57,190 nt of DNA from Rhodospirillaceae bacterium (GCA_050260255.1 JBLNBW010000298.1:1-57190); one strand, 5' to 3'. Counted from the stretch's first letter, positions 28,295 through 37,289 are shown. The notes: generated from the letters alone by a model not told the origin. Made by a program: numbers and translations.

Positions 28295-28798
28295 TTACCT
28301 GACGCCCCCTCCTTCGAGCCTCCAGTAAAGCCAGGCGGCAACCATGCCGAAAACCAGGTGGGCACCGAGCGTGGGCCAGCCGCGCAGGTCCGCGAGCCAG
28401 GGAAACCACCGCACCATGCCGAAAAAATTGAAGAAGTACAGCAGCGCTCCGAACACCGCGCCGGTGGCCAGCGCCCGGCCCACTCTCGCATCGAGATGCA
28501 GCGGCGCCATGATCGAAGCGAGAATCAGCCCGAATGCGATGCCCAGCACGTAGTGCACGGCGAGCGCGATCGCGACGACATGATGCTCGAAATTGAACGT
28601 CGTCCGCGCCGCATCGGTGCCGAGAATAATGGGCGCGATCATGTGCGACGTCCGCCATGGACCTCCGGGATCGACGATGCTCGACCAGATGAGATCGAGC
28701 ACCATCAATACCGCCCCGGCGGCGAACCCCGAGACCGCCGCGACGAGCCAGTTCGGCGCACGACGTTCCCAATGAAGCGTAGTGAGTGGAAGGTCCAT
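28295..28798 (-). CDS. integral membrane protein of unknown function, first gene of the oxidase operon
   Basis: Internal ATG of ORF 28295..29299 with GAAGGAGAG upstream. MDLPLTTLHWERRAPNWLVAAVSGFAAGAVLMVL... has about 4 hydrophobic helices. The upstream part of the ORF is Arg/Pro-rich junk. Confidence 0.55.
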   Translation of the reverse strand: MDLPLTTLHWERRAPNWLVAAVSGFAAGAVLMVLDLIWSSIVDPGGPWRTSHMIAPIILGTDAARTTFNFEHHVVAIALAVHYVLGIAFGLILASIMAPLHLDARVGRALATGAVFGALLYFFNFFGMVRWFPWLADLRGWPTLGAHLVFGMVAAWLYWRLEGGGVR

Positions 28799-29339
28799 AG
28801 GAATCTCTCCTTCAGCGGACGATTGCAAGCGAGGTGATGGCGGAAGCGCTGTGGCCCGTCGTGCGGGATGTGGGCGCCGACGGACGCCGCGCGCGCTGGA
28901 AAGCGGCTTCGTGTGCCGGCCGCGGGATTGCGCCGGCGTCGAGGGATAACGCGGAGGCACGATCTCACCCGCGCGCATGTCGGCGACCATGCGTGTGTCG
29001 ATGATCCGCGGCGACGCGGAATCGGTCGCCCGTCCGGCGTCGGCCGGAACGGGACTTAGCGGGTTGCTGCAGAGGCGCATGCCCCCTCCGCGCCCTGTCG
29101 GGCAATGGCGGGACAATTGTTTTTCTACACCTGATCGTGCCGCGCGACAAGCACAACGGCGGCTCCACCGCTTCAATCCAGGACAACGGATGCACGAGGC
29201 AGCGCACGCGAGGCATACAGAGCTTGGCGCGGTACAGCGGGCACGCATGGCGACCGACGGGAAATCGCACAGTGAGCGGCGAGGCACGAATTGCCCCACC
29301 CGCGCGGCGCATGCGCAAGCCGCCGCGCGGGGTCGCCGA

Positions 29340-29447
29340 CTAGTCCTGCCGGGCGGCCGACAGGTTGCCGACCGGGCCGGTGGCCGTGATGTGCAGGGCT
29401 ACGCCCAACAACGCTGCCGCACGGTACGGTCCATGGTGACGTCGCAT
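29340..29447 (-). CDS. possible 35-aa ORF
   Basis: AGGGAGG lies 6 nt upstream of the ATG. The product is MRRHHGPYRAAALLGVALHITATGPVGNLSAARQD. The only support is the strong Shine-Dalgarno sequence and a hydrophobic core. Confidence 0.2.
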   Translation of the reverse strand: MRRHHGPYRAAALLGVALHITATGPVGNLSAARQD

Positions 29448-29672
29448 GTAAGCCTCCCTGATGAGACCGCATGATGCGGCAGCGGGCAAGCGCAATCGCC
29501 CGTGAAGCATCATCGGGGCCAACGCCGAATATCAACGCCTTACGTTGGCGCAGCGCAGAAAATGTAAACGACGCCGACACCGACGGCTGGCACGCCATGC
29601 CAGGGGCATCGCCGCCGGACACAATGAAGCGGGCAGGCGCGTGCGCTTGCTATCGCGCTTCGCTTGCCTGGG

Positions 29673-29858
29673 TCAGGTATCGTCTGCGCCGTACATCGCG
29701 CGGCGTAGCAGGTGATCCACACACGAGAAACAGAGGCACACTATCGTTCCCGCCATGGCAAGTGTCAGCTTGCTGAGGAATTCGGGGCGGGCGCCGCAGC
29801 CGTGACAACAACACAGCGGAACGCAATCCTCGCTGCGCACGACTTCTACGAACGTCAT
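29673..29858 (-). CDS. possible 61-aa cysteine-rich small protein
   Basis: GGGAGAAAAAACC precedes the ATG. The product is MTFVEVVRSEDCVPLCCCHGCGARPEFLSKLTLAMAGTIVCLCFSCVDHLLRRAMYGADDT, with 8 Cys and one hydrophobic stretch. Confidence 0.3.
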   Translation of the reverse strand: MTFVEVVRSEDCVPLCCCHGCGARPEFLSKLTLAMAGTIVCLCFSCVDHLLRRAMYGADDT

Positions 29859-30345
29859 GGTTTTTTCTCCCGTCGTTGTTGACGTCTTGTTCCCGGTTGA
29901 CGAGGCAATCGCGTTGCAACCCACATGCCGCGCAGCGCGTGCGAACAGACCACGACACGCGGCGGCGCGGCTCACGGCCTACCCGCGCATGATCGGTTCT
30001 ATCTTGGGAATGAAATCGTTGGACAGCCCGGCCGCCGATGCATCGTACGCAAGCAGAACCCCGACTGTGCGGTCATTGAGTGGAACGTGCGCGGGAAATG
30101 AAGCCGTTGTCGGGGCGATACGAATTGCACGGCTCGGCCGGAATGCTGGCCGGCGTCGTGCGATGCGATGCCATCGAAGAAGTGCCGTGCGACTACGCCA
30201 CGAGCCCGGTCGACATTGCAAGCACCGTGCGAAGCACGGAAGCACGGCGTAACAAAGAGTTACTTCTTCGGTGGATATTTGGACTGAGGCAGCGCTCTAA
30301 CATTGTAGATATATCGATTTACGCGCTGGCCACGAGGAGCGACGC

Positions 30346-30840
30346 ATGAAACCAGTCATCGCTGCGGCATCCGTCGTCGCTGCAGTGGTCCTGGCAGCGA
30401 CGGGCGCCGCACGCGCCGATAGTTCGCTCGGGCATTTCGTCCCGACCACCATGCTCGTGCCCAAGCCTCCACCGCAAGCGCCGGCTGCGCCGCGTGCTGC
30501 GCCTGCGCCCCAGCACCCGCATGGGTCGGCGTCAGTGCCGCCCGGCAGGCCGTTCGCGCATCATCCGCCGGGACCGCACCCCTTCGCACATGACAGACCG
30601 TTTCATCATCACCGGCCATTTTTCGCACCCGTACCTGTCATCGTGCCGCCACCGGCTTACTACGGCTACGTTCCGCCGCCGCCCGCGTATTACGGCTACA
30701 GGCCGCCCGCCTACGTCGTTCCCCCGCCCGTGTACATCGAGCGCGACAGCGGTTACTGGTATTACTGTCCGCCGCTCGGTGCGTACTATCCGGACGTCAC
30801 GGAATGCTCCGAACCTTGGGTGCCTGTGCCGCCGAGCTGA
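30346..30840 (+). CDS. exported Pro/His/Tyr-rich protein with C-terminal YWYYC...C motif
   Basis: GAGGAG lies upstream, preceded by an AT-richer promoter-like stretch. The signal peptide is MKPVIAAASVVAAVVLAATGAARA. His-rich (HHPPGPHPFAHDRPFHHH) and PPPAYYGY repeats are present. The C-terminus is SGYWYYCPPLGAYYPDVTECSEPWVPV. Confidence 0.7.
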   Translation: MKPVIAAASVVAAVVLAATGAARADSSLGHFVPTTMLVPKPPPQAPAAPRAAPAPQHPHGSASVPPGRPFAHHPPGPHPFAHDRPFHHHRPFFAPVPVIVPPPAYYGYVPPPPAYYGYRPPAYVVPPPVYIERDSGYWYYCPPLGAYYPDVTECSEPWVPVPPS

Positions 30841-30858
30841 CCGCGGCTGCGTTGCGGT

Positions 30859-31833
30859 TCAATTGGCCCTTATTCCCGCCTCGCGCACGAGCTTGCCCCA
30901 CTTGTCGGTCTCGGCCTTGAGGTAAGGCGCGAACTCGTCGGGCGGCATGCCGACCGGGTCCAGTCCCATGGAAAGCAGCCGTTCTCTGATCTGCGGGTTT
31001 GCGACGGTCTTCGCCACCTCGCCGTACAGCTTCGCAACGACCTCTTTGGGCGTGCCCGCCGGCGCGAACAGCGCGTACCACTGATCCACGGCGAATCCCG
31101 GCACGCCCGCCTCCGATACGGTGGGCAGCTCGGGCACCGAAGGCGATCGCCTGGCGCTCGACACGGCCAACGCGCGCAGCTTGCCGGCGCGTACGTGGGG
31201 CATCGTGGAGATCGCGCTCGCCGATGTGACGGATACGCGGCCGGCGACGAGATCGAGGATGCTCGGTGCGGTGCCCTTGTAGGGCACGTGAACGAGCTGC
31301 AAGCCGGCCATCCGGTTGAGCAGCTCCATGGCAAGATGCTGACCGCTGCCGCTGCCGGACGACGAGAACAGAATCTGATTGGGTCTCGCCTTGGTGAAGG
31401 TAACAAGCTCCTTCACGCTCTTCACGGGCAGTGAAGGATGGACCGCCAGCACGCTCGGCGACTGCACGAACAGCGAGATCGGCGCGAAGTCCCGAATGGA
31501 GTCGTACGGCAGCTTGTAGAGCGCGGGCGTGATCGCATGGCTCATGGACTGCATGAGCAGCGTATAACCGTCGGGGGCGGCACGCGCGACCAGCTCCGAT
31601 GCGATGGTGCCGCCGGCTCCCGCCCGATTTTCCGCGACGACCTGCTGTCCCCATGCCTCGGTGAATCGCTGCCCCAGCAGCCGCCCGGACGTATCGACAC
31701 CGCCGCCGGGGGCGAGCGCAATGACGATACGAATGGGCTTGGTGGGGTAACCCGCGGCCTCTTGAGCACGCGACGCGCCGGCTGATACGGCGAGCGCCAC
31801 CGAGACGGCGCATAGCTTCGCTATTTTTCCCAC
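30859..31833 (-). CDS. Bug-family (TctC-like) tripartite tricarboxylate transporter substrate-binding protein
   Basis: GTG start preceded by GAGGAGGAGGA. A signal peptide is followed by YPTKPIRIVIALAPGGGVDT...VPYKGTAPS...AGTPKEVV. Alternative ATG at 31866. Confidence 0.9.
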   Translation of the reverse strand: MGKIAKLCAVSVALAVSAGASRAQEAAGYPTKPIRIVIALAPGGGVDTSGRLLGQRFTEAWGQQVVAENRAGAGGTIASELVARAAPDGYTLLMQSMSHAITPALYKLPYDSIRDFAPISLFVQSPSVLAVHPSLPVKSVKELVTFTKARPNQILFSSSGSGSGQHLAMELLNRMAGLQLVHVPYKGTAPSILDLVAGRVSVTSASAISTMPHVRAGKLRALAVSSARRSPSVPELPTVSEAGVPGFAVDQWYALFAPAGTPKEVVAKLYGEVAKTVANPQIRERLLSMGLDPVGMPPDEFAPYLKAETDKWGKLVREAGIRAN

Positions 31834-32023
31834 GCTTATCCTCCTCCTCGTAGCACTGGCGAGCATATTGCGCCGGCGCGTGGCCCTGCGCAACGATTGC
31901 ATCGCTCGCAGCCCGTATCCTGCCGCGGCGCCCGCCTTGCGCTGGCGGCTGCCTTCTCCGCTGCACGGCAACGACTTTGCTATGATGCGAGCATAACGGC
32001 CGGCGTCCAATTCAGGGGGGAAA

Positions 32024-34207
32024 GTGCAGTTCACCGCCACGATGCTGCGCGGCGATGCCGTGCGGCAAACCACTGTCGATATTTTCTCGGGACTGCTCCT
32101 CGGTTTCGTCAGCCTCAACTACTCTCTCACTTACGGCGCGCTGATTTTCAGCGGCGCGCTGGGCCCGTTCGCTGCGCAGGGCATTGCGGCGGCGCTGCTG
32201 AGCGCCGTGTTGCTGGGCCTCATCATCGCCTGGCGCAGCACCATCCCGATCGCCATCGCGGGCCCGGAAGCCAACGTCGCCGCCGTCGTCTGTGTCATGG
32301 CCGCCTCGGCTGCGACGGATCTGCACGCCAGAGCGCTGCCCGATGCCGTAGTCGCCGACACGGTGCTTGCCGCGATTGCGGCGACATCATTCGTGGTCGG
32401 CGCGTTCCTTTACCTCCTGGGCCGCGCGCGCCGCGGGCGTATCGTTCAGTTCATTCCATATCCGGTGATGGCAGGCTTCCTAACCGGGACGGGATGCATG
32501 GTGATCATCGGCGCGCTGCGCCTCGCGACCGGAGAACAAGCGGCGCTCGCCGGAGCAAAAGCCCTCGTCGACCTGCCGGCCGCCGGGCTGCTGGCGGCAG
32601 CAATCACGCTGCTCGCCATGTTCGTCCTCGGTCGGCGGCTGAAGAAGCACTGGGTCTTTCCGGTCGCGCTTTTTCTGGGCTGCGCTTCGTTCTACGCGCT
32701 TCTCGCGTCGAGCGGCATCTCGCTCGCCGAAGCACGCGAGCGCGGCCTGCTCCTTGCGCCGCTTCATTCGACCCACTTGCCGTGGCTGGGCACCGCATCG
32801 AGCGCCGCGCGCTGGGACATCATCCTGGATTACCTGCCCGACATGCTGGCCGTGGCAGTCGTCGCGACACTGTCGATCCTCCTCAATGCGACCGGCGTCG
32901 GTCTGGCGGCCAACATGGAGGTCGATTTCAACGCGGAACTGCGTGCGGCCGGGCTAGCGAACGTCGCCGCAAGCGCGGTGTGTGGCATTCCGGGCTACAT
33001 GTCGACCGGCCGGACCCTGCTCAATTTTGGCGCCGGGGCCACGGGACGCACGAGCGGCATCGCCGCCGCGCTGTTCATACTCGTTACACTGCTCGCTCTG
33101 CCGGATGCGATTTCCTACTTCCCGGTCCCCGTACTGTTCGGGCTGCTGCTGTTCATAGGCATCATGCTGGTCGTCGAATGGGCGGGAAAATCATTGCGGC
33201 GCCTGCCGCGGTTCGAATACCTTCTGCTTCTCAGCATCGCCGCGCTGATCGTCGCCTACGGCTTCGTGAGTGCGGTACTCATCGGTGTCATCGCCGCGTG
33301 CGTGCTCTTCGTCATCAACTACGGCCGCATCACGTGCATCAAGGCCGAGTTTTCGGGCGAGGTACGCGCTTCCAAGGTCGAGCGGACGATAGAGGAAGGG
33401 CAGATCTTGAGAGAGCGCGGCTCGCTCGTCTTCGGCCTCACGCTGCAGGGATTTCTGTTCTTCGGCACGGCGAATTACATCCTCAACCGCGTGAGCGAGC
33501 GGCTGCTCACGCCGCTGCGCTATCTCGTGCTCGACCTGAAAATGGTGCAGGGCCTGGACGCGTCCGCTTCCGTCGCCTTCATCAAGCTCGCGCAGCTCTG
33601 CTCCAAGAACGACACGCGCATCGTGCTGTCTGGTCTGTCGCGCGACATGCACACGCTGCTCACGCGATCTCACGCCATCGCAGGCGACATACGCGTGCAC
33701 GCCGATGTCGACGAGGCGCTCGAATGGGTGGAGGACGAGATCATCGCGAGTGCGCGCGCCGGCACGGTGGCGAAGCCGGATCTGCGCAGCCAGCTCGCAG
33801 TGCATTTCGACGAGCGTGCGCTCGAGGTCCTGATGAGCCATATGGAAGCCGAAGCGTTCGAGGCAGGACATCATCTGTTCCGCAGAGGCGATCCCGGCGT
33901 CTGTCTGTACTTCATTGAATCGGGCCAGGTGAGGGTGTCGATCCCGACGGCGGACGGCGCACTGTTGCGGTTGCGCGCGTTCGGCCCGGGCACCATGGTC
34001 GGCGAGATGAGCCTGTATGCGCAGCTTCCCCGCACGGCCGACGTGGTCGCGGAACGACCGACGACGGTGCGCAAGCTCGCGTTCGAAGACGTGCGACGAC
34101 TGGAAACGGAAGACGCGTCGGTCGCAATTCAGTTCCATCACTACGTCATCCGCGTGCTCGCGTCGCGGCTTGCGGTATCGAACGAGGATTTCCGCTCGCT
34201 GCTTTGA
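32024..34207 (+). CDS. SulP/SLC26-family anion transporter with STAS and cyclic-nucleotide-binding domains
   Basis: 727 aa with a GTG start. The polytopic N-half reads SLNYSLTYGALIFSG...GIPGYMSTGRT. A STAS-like block follows (LVFGLTLQGFLFFGTA...LVLDLKMVQGLDASA). The C-terminal cNMP-binding motif reads FRRGDPGVCLYFIESGQVRV...FGPGTMVGEMSL...RTADVVA. Confidence 0.9.
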   Translation: MQFTATMLRGDAVRQTTVDIFSGLLLGFVSLNYSLTYGALIFSGALGPFAAQGIAAALLSAVLLGLIIAWRSTIPIAIAGPEANVAAVVCVMAASAATDLHARALPDAVVADTVLAAIAATSFVVGAFLYLLGRARRGRIVQFIPYPVMAGFLTGTGCMVIIGALRLATGEQAALAGAKALVDLPAAGLLAAAITLLAMFVLGRRLKKHWVFPVALFLGCASFYALLASSGISLAEARERGLLLAPLHSTHLPWLGTASSAARWDIILDYLPDMLAVAVVATLSILLNATGVGLAANMEVDFNAELRAAGLANVAASAVCGIPGYMSTGRTLLNFGAGATGRTSGIAAALFILVTLLALPDAISYFPVPVLFGLLLFIGIMLVVEWAGKSLRRLPRFEYLLLLSIAALIVAYGFVSAVLIGVIAACVLFVINYGRITCIKAEFSGEVRASKVERTIEEGQILRERGSLVFGLTLQGFLFFGTANYILNRVSERLLTPLRYLVLDLKMVQGLDASASVAFIKLAQLCSKNDTRIVLSGLSRDMHTLLTRSHAIAGDIRVHADVDEALEWVEDEIIASARAGTVAKPDLRSQLAVHFDERALEVLMSHMEAEAFEAGHHLFRRGDPGVCLYFIESGQVRVSIPTADGALLRLRAFGPGTMVGEMSLYAQLPRTADVVAERPTTVRKLAFEDVRRLETEDASVAIQFHHYVIRVLASRLAVSNEDFRSLL

Positions 34208-34419
34208 GGGTCTCCGCAGCATGCCGGCTTGACCGGGGCTATCCGGCCGCTGCGCGGGTTTCGTATGAACGGTCGCTGCGGCCTGAGGGAAGAAAAATGC
34301 CGGCGAGGCATCGCGTTTGCACGTCTTTCGAAGTGCCCCGTCAACCCGCATGCCGTCGGCCCCGAAATCCGCATCCACAGCGCGGTTGATTGCGGCGGAA
34401 GGCGGCTCATAATGGGCTG

Positions 34420-35466
34420 ATGAACGTGCACCCGAGCGTCATTGACGCCATTGGCAACACCCCGCTCATCCGCTTGCGCCGCGCATCGGAAGCGACCGGC
34501 TGCGCGATTTACGGCAAGGCGGAGTTCCTCAACCCCGGCGGCTCGGTGAAAGACCGCGCGGCGCTCTTCATCATCCGCGACGCCGAAGAGCGCGGCCTGT
34601 TGCGCCCCGGCGGCGTGATCGTGGAAGGCACGGCGGGCAATACCGGCATCGGCCTGGCACTCGTGGCCAACGCGCGCGGCTATCGTACCGTGATCGTCAT
34701 CCCGGAAACACAAAGCCAGGAGAAGAAGGATGCGCTGCGGCAGAACGGCGCGGACCTGCGCGAGGTGCCGGCCGTGCCGTACGCGAATGCCAACAACTAC
34801 GTGAAGGTATCGGGACGCCTCGCGGAAGCGCTTGCGAAGGTCGAGCCGGCCGGCGCGGTGTGGGCGAACCAGTTCGACAACGTCGCGAACCGCCGCGCCC
34901 ATTACGAGACGACGGGACCCGAAATCTGGCAGCAGACCGAGGGCAGAATCGACGGCTTCATATGCGCCGTAGGCACGGGCGGCACGCTCGCCGGTGTCGG
35001 CATGTTTCTCAAGGAGCGCAAGCCGGGCGTCGTGATCGGCCTCGCCGATCCCATGGGAGCTGCGCTCTACAGCTGGTACAAGCATGGCGAACTGAAAGCG
35101 GAAGGCAGCTCGATCACGGAAGGCATAGGGCAGAGCCGCATCACGCGCAATCTGGAAGGCGCGCCGGTGGACGAAGCGTGGCAGATTCCGGACGACGAAG
35201 CGTTGAACGTCCTGTTCGACCTGCTGCGGCATGAAGGTCTGCCGATGGGCACGTCGACCGGCATCAATGTGGCCGGCGCCATCCGTCTCGCTCGCAAGCT
35301 TGGCCCCGGTCACACCATCGTTACCGTGCTCGCCGACGGCGCACAGCGCTATGCGAGCCGGCTGTTCAATCCGGCATTCCTGCGCTCGAAAAATCTTCCC
35401 GTGCCCGAATGGCTCGAGGAGCGCGCAGCCGTGTCGGTTGCGACACCCCTGCTCGATGCCGCCTGA
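34420..35466 (+). CDS. PLP-dependent cysteine synthase / cystathionine beta-synthase family protein
   Basis: Internal ATG. IGNTPLIRL...KAEFLNPGGSVKDRAA (PLP lysine)...EGTAGNTGIGLA...GTGGTLAGV are present. Confidence 0.85.
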   Translation: MNVHPSVIDAIGNTPLIRLRRASEATGCAIYGKAEFLNPGGSVKDRAALFIIRDAEERGLLRPGGVIVEGTAGNTGIGLALVANARGYRTVIVIPETQSQEKKDALRQNGADLREVPAVPYANANNYVKVSGRLAEALAKVEPAGAVWANQFDNVANRRAHYETTGPEIWQQTEGRIDGFICAVGTGGTLAGVGMFLKERKPGVVIGLADPMGAALYSWYKHGELKAEGSSITEGIGQSRITRNLEGAPVDEAWQIPDDEALNVLFDLLRHEGLPMGTSTGINVAGAIRLARKLGPGHTIVTVLADGAQRYASRLFNPAFLRSKNLPVPEWLEERAAVSVATPLLDAA

Positions 35467-35510
35467 GGTGCAGCCGGAGCGAGCGCGAGGAAGCCTAAGG
35501 AGAACCTGCC

Positions 35511-35735
35511 ATGTCAGAGCCCGAAACCATCGGCACGCGGGGTAACGCGCGCATCGATGTGCACGACGATGCGGCTTGCCGCTACTGGTGCGCGCATCTC
35601 GGCATACGACCGAAGGAATTGAAGCGCGTCGTGCATATAGTGGGCGACCGCGTATCGGATGTCGAAGACTATCTCGCCGAGGCGAAGCTTCACGATTATT
35701 TCGAAGAGGACAACACCGAAGCGAGCCCGACGTAG
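35511..35735 (+). CDS. DUF3606-like small protein
   Basis: 74 aa with AAGGAGAA upstream. RIDVHDDAACRYWCAHLGIRPKELKRVVHIVGDRVSDVEDYL fits my recollection of the DUF3606 pattern. Confidence 0.6.
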   Translation: MSEPETIGTRGNARIDVHDDAACRYWCAHLGIRPKELKRVVHIVGDRVSDVEDYLAEAKLHDYFEEDNTEASPT

Positions 35736-35820
35736 CAGCGATCGGACGCACGCATGCATAACGGTAACGAGTCGGACGCCGCGTTGCCGAAGCCTCGTGC
35801 GTTGTGCAGACACCATCACC

Positions 35821-36258
35821 CTACGCGCGCCGGCGCCGCAGCCACGCGTCTAGACTGTACCGACCGCCTCCGACGGCAAAGAGCAGCAGATAACCGCCGA
35901 ACATAGAGAGGTTCTTGAAGAACTGGCTCTCCTGGCTGCGCCGCGCCGCTGCATCGGCGTACTCCCAGAAGCGGTGCGAAATGCCGGTCGCCACGACGAT
36001 GAAGAGCAGCATGAGCAGGGATGCGGCGCGCGTGCGAAAGCCGGTGACTATCATCAATCCGCCGACGAATTCCACCGTGGCGCCGATGAGCGCCCAGGTG
36101 GCCGACGACGGAATGCCGCGGCTCGCCAGGCTTGCGGCGAAGGCGCCGAGGCCGAGGAGCTTCTGAAAGCCGCTTTTCACGAAGATGATGCCTAGCGCAA
36201 GACGGCCCGCGAGCAGAATCGCTTCTTCGGTATCGGCGGGCAGACGGTTCCCTTCCAT
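35821..36258 (-). CDS. DoxX-family membrane protein
   Basis: Real part of the 493-aa ORF 35821..37302, with GGGAGGAGAG upstream of the ATG. LLAGRLALGIIFVKSGFQKL...ATVEFVGGLMIVTGFRTR...KNLSMFGGYLLL are present. Confidence 0.8.
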   Translation of the reverse strand: MEGNRLPADTEEAILLAGRLALGIIFVKSGFQKLLGLGAFAASLASRGIPSSATWALIGATVEFVGGLMIVTGFRTRAASLLMLLFIVVATGISHRFWEYADAAARRSQESQFFKNLSMFGGYLLLFAVGGGRYSLDAWLRRRRA

Positions 36259-36320
36259 GTGCTCTCCTCCCTGCAGCTTCACTGCTCGGGCATTCCATGC
36301 CCTGACGGTCTCGCGCGCGT

Positions 36321-37289
36321 TCATTCGGCCCTCGCACCCGAGATTTTCACCACCCGCGCCCATTTTTCTTTTTCGTTCTTGAGATACGCGCCGAATTCTT
36401 CGGGCGTGCCGCCCGCGACCTCGGTGCCCAGATTCGCATAGCGCTCCTGCAGTTCGGGCAGCACGCGGTTTACCGTCTCGTTCAACCGCGCAATCACGGC
36501 CCTCGGCGTTCCTGCCGTCGCCGCAAGGCCGTACCAGCCGCTTACTTCGTACCCCGGCACGCCCGCCTCCGCGATCGTCGGAATATCGGGCGCCGATATC
36601 GACCGCTTGGCCCCTGTCACCGCGAGGGCGCGTATGCGGCCGGCGTTGACATGCGGAAAGAGCACGCCGCTGCTGCTGAACAACACCTGCACTTCGCCCG
36701 AGATTAGCGCGCTCAATGCCGGCGCACCGCCTTTGTAGGGCACATGAACCATGTCGATGTCCGTCATCGACTTGAACAGCTCGGCCGACATGTGATTCGC
36801 GCTGCCGATTCCGGTCGACGCATAGTTGAGCGGCGGCTTGCGATTTTTCGCATACGCGATGAGCTCCTTCACCGAGGTGACCGGGGTCGAGGCGCCCACC
36901 GAAAGCACGTAGTTGGTCGAGACCATCATCACGACGGGTGCGAAGTCCCGCACGGCGTCGTAGCGCAGATTGCGGAACAGGCTCGCGTTCACCACATGGG
37001 TCGGCGTCACGGTAATGAGCGTATAGCCGTCGGGTGCAGCGCGCGCCGCAAGCTCGCCCGCGACATTGCCACCGGCGCTCGGCCGGTTGTCGACGACGAA
37101 GGGCTGCCCGAGCACCTCCGAAAGTTTCTGCGTCATGACGCGTGTCACCGTGTCGGTCCCTCCGCCGGGCGCAAGGCCGACGATCACCCTGACCGGCCGC
37201 TCGGGATAGGATGGCTTGTCCGCCGCGTTTCCTGACGTTGGCACACCGCCAAGCACAAGCAATGCAGCACACACCGGATACGCATTCAT
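36321..37289 (-). CDS. Bug-family (TctC-like) substrate-binding protein
   Basis: 322 aa. A signal peptide is followed by YPERPVRVIVGLAPGGGTDT...VPYKGGAPA...AGTPRAVI. Confidence 0.9.
   Translation of the reverse strand: MNAYPVCAALLVLGGVPTSGNAADKPSYPERPVRVIVGLAPGGGTDTVTRVMTQKLSEVLGQPFVVDNRPSAGGNVAGELAARAAPDGYTLITVTPTHVVNASLFRNLRYDAVRDFAPVVMMVSTNYVLSVGASTPVTSVKELIAYAKNRKPPLNYASTGIGSANHMSAELFKSMTDIDMVHVPYKGGAPALSALISGEVQVLFSSSGVLFPHVNAGRIRALAVTGAKRSISAPDIPTIAEAGVPGYEVSGWYGLAATAGTPRAVIARLNETVNRVLPELQERYANLGTEVAGGTPEEFGAYLKNEKEKWARVVKISGARAE

Noticed and set aside
25047-28837. Two long plus-strand ORFs (582 and 681 aa) across the oxidase genes.
   Set aside because: They are antisense to cytochrome oxidase subunits I and II, which carry unmistakable motifs. 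The plus-strand translations are low-complexity and R/H/D/E-rich.
29979-30245. 88-aa minus-strand ORF whose C-terminal 35 aa look protein-like.
   Set aside because: It has no credible start or RBS. The N-terminal two-thirds are Arg/Cys/Pro-rich, and a plus-strand ORF of similar quality overlaps it. It is left uncalled as a possible gene relic.
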